NCBI GenBank assembly: GCA_034189235.1
Contig: JAXHVJ010000003.1
Span: 7,828-71,827 of the forward strand
Source of the DNA: Pseudomonadota bacterium
Lineage (GTDB): Bacteria > Pseudomonadota > Gammaproteobacteria > Pseudomonadales > Oleiphilaceae
DNA: 64,000 bases
Reading direction: 5' to 3'
Part shown: piece by piece, positions 59,263 to 64,000 of the stretch
How positions within the stretch are numbered: position 1 is the stretch's first letter
Layout of the letters: every line of letters begins with the position of its first letter
The notes under the pieces: generated by a model
What the model saw: the letters and a program-made list of their open reading frames with translations, nothing else
The model's database searches: none
Told to the model about the DNA's origin: nothing
Translations under genes and position numbers: made by a program

Positions 59263-59796
59263 TCAGCCGTGGGCGAGAGGGTGTCGCCGGGCGGCCCGGA
59301 TAATCACCAGGCCGGCCACGCCGAGGGTCAGGCCGGTAAACTTGATCAGTGCACAGAGCGTGGCGGAAAGGCTGACCACATCGGTGGGCGGGTTGAAGTT
59401 ATTCAACAGCAGGATGTTCTCGGCGACATCCGCCGTGCCAGCTGCCACAAACAGGGTCCGTACCCAGCGCCCGACGACCCGCTCGCGGACGCCGGGCCGG
59501 TCCCGCATCAGGTGGCGGGTGAGATGCAGCAGGGCCAGGAGGTAAGCCGCGATAAAGAAGAAATCGAGCCACAGGGAAGCCCGGGCCCAGAGCAGGCCTT
59601 CGGAGCGCCAGCTGCGAAGGATGGCGTGAGCCTGGTCAGCGGTGGCAGCGAACTGGAAACTGACAATGCCCTGAGGCGCAGAGCCGGTCTGAAGTGGCTG
59701 ATTGGCCAGTATCAGGCCGCCCAGCAGGATTACGGTGGTGATCAGACTGGTCTTCAGCGGTTTTGGCAAGGCTGCCCATCCATGTGCCGGGTCCAT
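59263..59796 (-). CDS. Hypothetical membrane protein (4-5 TM)
   Basis: Hydrophobic segments throughout. The start shares one nucleotide with the hemW stop region. I recognise no family. Confidence 0.5.
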   Translation of the reverse strand: MDPAHGWAALPKPLKTSLITTVILLGGLILANQPLQTGSAPQGIVSFQFAATADQAHAILRSWRSEGLLWARASLWLDFFFIAAYLLALLHLTRHLMRDRPGVRERVVGRWVRTLFVAAGTADVAENILLLNNFNPPTDVVSLSATLCALIKFTGLTLGVAGLVIIRAARRHPLAHG

Positions 59797-60944
59797 CAGA
59801 GAAAACGCTCCAGCAGGCTGTTGAGATATCGCTGACCAAGCTCCGTTGCCTGCAACCGGTGGCTCTCCAGCAATCCTTCCTTACGTAATTTACCAAGTTG
59901 TACCCTAACTGACTCCAGGGGTAAACCCGTTCGTTCCGCAAACAGCGATTCTGCCACACCGGCCTTCAGCCGCAATGCGTTCATCAGGAATTCCAGCGTC
60001 CGCTCGTCCGGTTCAATGGCTTCGGCCCCGGCGGTGCGACTGCCAATACGATTGAGGTAGGCCTCGGGCTGGCGGGTTTTCCAGTAGCGCCGGATGCTGC
60101 CATCTGCCAGGCTGATCTTTCCGTGTGCGCCGGCACCCAGCGCCAGGTAATCGCCGAAAGTCCAGTAATTCAGGTTGTGCCGGGAGGCTCGTCCGGGCTG
60201 GCACCAGGCCGATACTTCGTAGTCCTCGAAACCGTTCGTCCGCAGCAGGTCAGCGCCGGTCCGGCAGATGTCCCAGAGCCGGTCATCATCGGGCAGATCG
60301 GGCGGGCGACTGTAGAATTCCGTGTTCGGTTCCAGGGTCAGCTGGTACCAGGAAAGGTGAGGCGGCTCATGGGACAGGGCTTCGCGCAGGTCCGAGAGGG
60401 CCTGATCCGGTGTCTGTCCAGGCAGGCCATGCATCAGGTCCAGGTTGAAGTTGTCGAAGCCGGCAGTTCGGGCCGCTTCCACGGCGCGATGGGCCGAGTC
60501 GCGATCGTGGATGCGGCCAAGCACTCGCAGGTGTTCAGGGTTGAAACTCTGGATGCCGATGGAGAGCCTGTTGATGCCGGTCTGCCGGAACGCCTCGAAG
60601 CGGCCCTGTTCCAGTGTGCCGGGGTTGGCTTCCAGGGTGATCTCCGTATCCGTAGCAAAAGCAAGCCTCTCCCGAAGGGCTTCGAACAGCCGGAAATAGA
60701 AATCGCCTGTCATCAGGGAGGGGGTGCCGCCGCCGATGAAGACGGTCCGGATCTCCCGGTTCCGAACCAGCGCCAGATCCTGCTCCAGATCCTCGAGCAA
60801 TGCTGCCAGGTACGCCTGCTCCGGGATGTCGCCCCGGATCGCATGGGAGTTGAAGTCGCAGTAGGGGCACTTGCGCACGCACCAGGGCATGTGGATGTAG
60901 AGACTCAGGGGCGGGTTCACCGCCACCGGGGTAGTGGCGGACAT
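59796..60944 (-). CDS. hemW: Radical SAM heme chaperone HemW
   Basis: LYIHMPWCVRKCPYCDFNS (CxxxCxxC). HemN-like body without the full HemN C-terminus. Confidence 0.9.
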   Translation of the reverse strand: MSATTPVAVNPPLSLYIHMPWCVRKCPYCDFNSHAIRGDIPEQAYLAALLEDLEQDLALVRNREIRTVFIGGGTPSLMTGDFYFRLFEALRERLAFATDTEITLEANPGTLEQGRFEAFRQTGINRLSIGIQSFNPEHLRVLGRIHDRDSAHRAVEAARTAGFDNFNLDLMHGLPGQTPDQALSDLREALSHEPPHLSWYQLTLEPNTEFYSRPPDLPDDDRLWDICRTGADLLRTNGFEDYEVSAWCQPGRASRHNLNYWTFGDYLALGAGAHGKISLADGSIRRYWKTRQPEAYLNRIGSRTAGAEAIEPDERTLEFLMNALRLKAGVAESLFAERTGLPLESVRVQLGKLRKEGLLESHRLQATELGQRYLNSLLERFL

Positions 60945-60948
60945 GGCT

Positions 60949-61548
60949 TCAGAGTTCCGCCTTCAGGTGTTCCCGCAGCTGCGCGAGGGCGCGGCCCCGG
61001 TGGCCGATGCGGCCCTTTTCGGGCCGGCTGAGTTCAGCTGCGCTGCAATTGTGTTCCGGCGCCAGAAAGATCGGGTCATAGCCGAAGCCGCCGTTGCCCC
61101 GGGGCTCGCGCAGAATCCGGCCCGGCCAGCGGCCATGGCAGATGATGGGGGTCGGATCATCGGCGTGGCGCAGATAGACGAGCACGCAATGGAACTGGGC
61201 CCCGCGATCCTCATCGGGGACGTCTTTCAGGGCGTCAAGGAGGGCGTCGATGTTGTCGGCGTCGGTGGCATCCTCGCCGGCGAACCGGGCGGAGCGGACA
61301 CCGGGCAGGCCGCCCAGGGCGTCCACGGCAATGCCGCTGTCGTCGGCAAGCGCCGGCAGGCCGGTTTCCCGGGCTGCGTGCCGGGCTTTGAGGATGGCAT
61401 TTTCCACAAAGGTCACCGCCGGTTCCCCGGCCTCACCCACACCCAGCTCGCCCTGGGCGACTGGCGTCAGGCCCAGGGGCGCGAGCAGTTCGGTCAGTTC
61501 GGCAATCTTGCCCTTGTTGTTGCTGGCGATGACGAGTTGCTGTGGCAT
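60949..61548 (-). CDS. rdgB: Non-canonical purine NTP pyrophosphatase (XTP/dITP diphosphatase)
   Basis: [36 protein letters not shown] motifs. Confidence 0.93.
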   Translation of the reverse strand: MPQQLVIASNNKGKIAELTELLAPLGLTPVAQGELGVGEAGEPAVTFVENAILKARHAARETGLPALADDSGIAVDALGGLPGVRSARFAGEDATDADNIDALLDALKDVPDEDRGAQFHCVLVYLRHADDPTPIICHGRWPGRILREPRGNGGFGYDPIFLAPEHNCSAAELSRPEKGRIGHRGRALAQLREHLKAEL

Positions 61549-61551
61549 GGT

Positions 61552-62007
61552 TCAGTCGCTGAACAGAGTGTGGGTAAACCGGACCGACAGGTCCTGCTGG
61601 TGACCGGTCGGTCGGGCGGTGATGTTGAAGGTCATCAACTCGCCTGCCGGGTACTGGTACTCGGCGATGAAGTAGACCGCATCGCCTTCCTGGATGCGAC
61701 GGAACGCCAGGAAATTGACCTGCCGGATGTCGTTAGTGACCGTGCCTTCCACCTGGCCGCTGACGGGCTTGAGGGTGCCGTTGTCCTGCTCCTGCATGAT
61801 GGAGATATTGACGATGCCGATACCCTTGCTCCGTTGCAGGTCGTTGGCCCTGGCGACCTCGGGTGGCAGGAAGGTGCTCGGCAGCACGCTCCAGTGCAGC
61901 TGATAGTCGCCGAAGTCCCTAAAGCCGGCAGCCTGGGCCTGCAAGGCAGCCAGGGTCAGAAGGGCGGCCGTCAGAAAGGTTGTGAACATCCGGAGTTGTT
62001 TGATCAT
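61552..62007 (-). CDS. DUF4426-like secreted protein
   Basis: Signal peptide. Conserved position between metW and rdgB, as in Pseudomonas. Confidence 0.65.
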   Translation of the reverse strand: MIKQLRMFTTFLTAALLTLAALQAQAAGFRDFGDYQLHWSVLPSTFLPPEVARANDLQRSKGIGIVNISIMQEQDNGTLKPVSGQVEGTVTNDIRQVNFLAFRRIQEGDAVYFIAEYQYPAGELMTFNITARPTGHQQDLSVRFTHTLFSD

Positions 62008-62609
62008 TACTCGTTCTCCCGTGTAATGCGGTAAATGGCAATCTCTCCCAACAGGTTAGGCCATAATCGGGCAGACCAGCTGCTCTGGTGCTGGCCATCC
62101 ACCACCCGTCGACTCTTGATCCTGATGCCTTTTTGACGGCACAGGGCCTCGAAATCCTTGAAGGTACACAGACGAATGTTGGGGGTGTTGTACCATTTAT
62201 ACGGCAGTGCCTCGGATTCGGGCATACGGCCGCTCAGGGTCAGGCCCCAGCGCAGCCGCCAGTGGGCGAAGTTGGGGAAGGTGACAATGCCTTCCCGGCC
62301 CAGTCGCAGCATTTCGTCCAGCACCTTGTCGGGCCGGCGCACGGCCTGCAGGGCCTGGGTCATCAGCACGATATCGAACATGCCGTCATCGAAGTTGTCC
62401 AGGCCCTGGGTGTCCAGGTTCTGTTCGATTACTGCGACCCCCCTGCTCATGCAGGTGGTGATGTGGTCCGGGTTGATTTCCAGACCGAAGCCGGTGGCCT
62501 GTCGTTCCCGCTGCAGGAAGTCGAGCAGGGTGCCGTCACCACACCCCAGGTCCAGAACGTGATGACCGGGTTTGATCCATTGCTGGATGATTTCGAGGTC
62601 AGGTCTCAT
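62007..62609 (-). CDS. metW: Methionine biosynthesis protein MetW
   Basis: [23 protein letters not shown] is canonical MetW. 4-nt overlap with metX. Confidence 0.92.
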   Translation of the reverse strand: MRPDLEIIQQWIKPGHHVLDLGCGDGTLLDFLQRERQATGFGLEINPDHITTCMSRGVAVIEQNLDTQGLDNFDDGMFDIVLMTQALQAVRRPDKVLDEMLRLGREGIVTFPNFAHWRLRWGLTLSGRMPESEALPYKWYNTPNIRLCTFKDFEALCRQKGIRIKSRRVVDGQHQSSWSARLWPNLLGEIAIYRITRENE

Positions 62610-63754
62610 GCGCCCACCTCCCTGGCCACCCGATCCATATAGGCAGTAAAGACATCAGTATACCTGGGGGTAGGGATCAGGAAGGCATCGTGCCCCCAGG
62701 GCGCATCGATCTCGGCATAGCTGACCTTCTTCCGGGCGGAGATCATGGCGTTTACCATTTCTTCCGAGCGCTGGGGCGTAAACCGCCAGTCTGTGCTGAA
62801 GGACAGGACCAGGAACTCGCAGCGGGCCGCGGCAATCGCCCTGGACAGGTCGCCGCCATGATCGTACGCCGGATCGAAATAATCCAGTGCCCGGGTCATG
62901 AGCAGGTAGGTGTTGGCGTCGAAGGTTTCGGAAAAACGCTCACCCTGGTAGCGCAGGTAGCTCTCCACCTGGAATTCGGCGTCGTAGCCGAACTTGTAGG
63001 CTTCTTCCCGCAGCTCCCGGCCAAACTTCTCCCCCATGGAGGCATCGGACAGGTAGGTGATGTGGCCGATCATCCGGGCCAGCATCAGGCCGCGGCGGGG
63101 CAGGGTGTCAAAGTCGTAGTAGCGGCCGCCATGGAATTCCCGGTCGGAGGTAATGGCCTGGCGCGCCACTTCGTTAAACGCGATATTCTGGGCGGTCAGC
63201 CTCGGTGTGGAGGCAATCACCACGGCGTGTCTGAGCCGGCCAGGGTAATCGAGGCTCCACTGCAGCGCCTGCATGCCGCCCAGGGAGCCACCAACCACCG
63301 CCGCCCAGCACTGGATGCCCAGTCGGTCGGCGAGCAGGGCCTGGCTTTTCACCCAGTCACTGACGGTAATCACGGGGAACTCCGGGCCATAGGGCTTGCC
63401 GGTGGCCGGGTTCTGCGAATTCGGGCCGGTGCTGCCGTGGCAGCCGCCCAGGTTGTTCAGGGAAACCACGAAGAAACGGTTGGTATCGATGGGCTTGCCC
63501 GGGCCGATGCAGCTGTCCCACCAGCCGGGTTTGCGATCGTCCATGCTGTGGTAGCCGGCGGCATGGTGATGGCCGCTGAGGGCGTGGCAGATCAGCACGG
63601 CATTGCTGGCGTCGGCGTTCAGTTCGCCATAGGTTTCCACCACCAGATCGTAGTTTCCCAGCTCCTGGCCACAGGCCAGCTCGATGGGAGCGTCAAAGTG
63701 GTAAGACTGTGGGGTAACTATCCCGACAGAATCCGTGGGCAGGGAATCGGGCAT
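62606..63754 (-). CDS. metX: Homoserine O-acyltransferase (MetX; succinyl-type in pseudomonads)
   Basis: Alpha/beta hydrolase with [12 protein letters not shown] and a full-length MetX-like sequence. Confidence 0.95.
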   Translation of the reverse strand: MPDSLPTDSVGIVTPQSYHFDAPIELACGQELGNYDLVVETYGELNADASNAVLICHALSGHHHAAGYHSMDDRKPGWWDSCIGPGKPIDTNRFFVVSLNNLGGCHGSTGPNSQNPATGKPYGPEFPVITVSDWVKSQALLADRLGIQCWAAVVGGSLGGMQALQWSLDYPGRLRHAVVIASTPRLTAQNIAFNEVARQAITSDREFHGGRYYDFDTLPRRGLMLARMIGHITYLSDASMGEKFGRELREEAYKFGYDAEFQVESYLRYQGERFSETFDANTYLLMTRALDYFDPAYDHGGDLSRAIAAARCEFLVLSFSTDWRFTPQRSEEMVNAMISARKKVSYAEIDAPWGHDAFLIPTPRYTDVFTAYMDRVAREVGA

Positions 63755-63881
63755 CGGCGCGACAGGTTCCTGGTTCGATCCGTAAGTAACTGGAACAGCG
63801 ACAGCAACGCCATCGCCAGCCCAGCAGTTTATAGCCGGGTGGGGATGGCTGCAACCGGGAGAGGGTGTCAGCAGGCAGGGC

Positions 63882-64000
63882 TTAAACGACCCCGGAAATG
63901 TTGACCACCTTCTGCTGGATCAGGGTCGGAGCCGGCTTGCGGATCTGCCGCTGCATGCCGTCGGCCAGTTCTAGCTGGCGACGCAGATCGGCAATGGTGG
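63882..64000 (-). CDS. 3' end of an unidentified CDS (5' end outside window)
   Basis: The minus-strand frame reads ...[38 protein letters not shown]-stop (TAA at 63882-63884) with GC-rich third positions. Product not recognised. Confidence 0.35.
   Translation of the reverse strand, partial: TIADLRRQLELADGMQRQIRKPAPTLIQQKVVNISGVV

Overview
GC-rich gammaproteobacterial chromosome segment. Gene content and local order resemble the Pseudomonas/Marinobacter core region (gshA', dsbB, rsd/algQ, ppx, trxA, rho, ubiD, hemCDXY, algZR, argH, lysA-dapF-xerC, speA/speE, amtB-glnK, trmB, hemW-rdgB-metWX). The taxon is an inference from protein sequences I recognise, not a search result. About 60 protein genes are supportable. 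I found no rRNA, tRNA, CRISPR array, IS element or prophage. Many long ORFs in the track are antisense shadows of real genes, which is typical of high-GC DNA, and several track ORFs carry spurious N-terminal extensions; I give corrected starts where an ATG/GTG with a Shine-Dalgarno sequence fits better. The clearest non-core element is a three-ORF minus-strand cassette at 14581-18936, wedged between ubiD-reductase and hemY. It has a ~550-600 aa soluble N-terminal ORF, a 535 aa ORF with a coiled coil and a glycine-rich multi-helix membrane domain, and a translationally coupled 362 aa membrane protein. The first two ORFs are separated only by a one-nucleotide frame offset. Fused, they would give a ~1,090 aa protein whose layout resembles VasX-class pore-forming T6SS effectors with a downstream immunity gene, yet no T6SS, VgrG, PAAR or adaptor gene lies in the window. 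Secondary items: a PAS-GGDEF-EAL protein with degenerate catalytic motifs; a very acidic 676 aa lipoprotein divergent from a LuxR-type regulator; a PlpD-like type Vd patatin preceded by an unknown 200 aa ORF; a nested palindromic REP-like element after rho; a coding-like frame with no start codon; and a small ORF coupled to cls. All functional calls come from motif recognition and remembered homologues, with no searches run.
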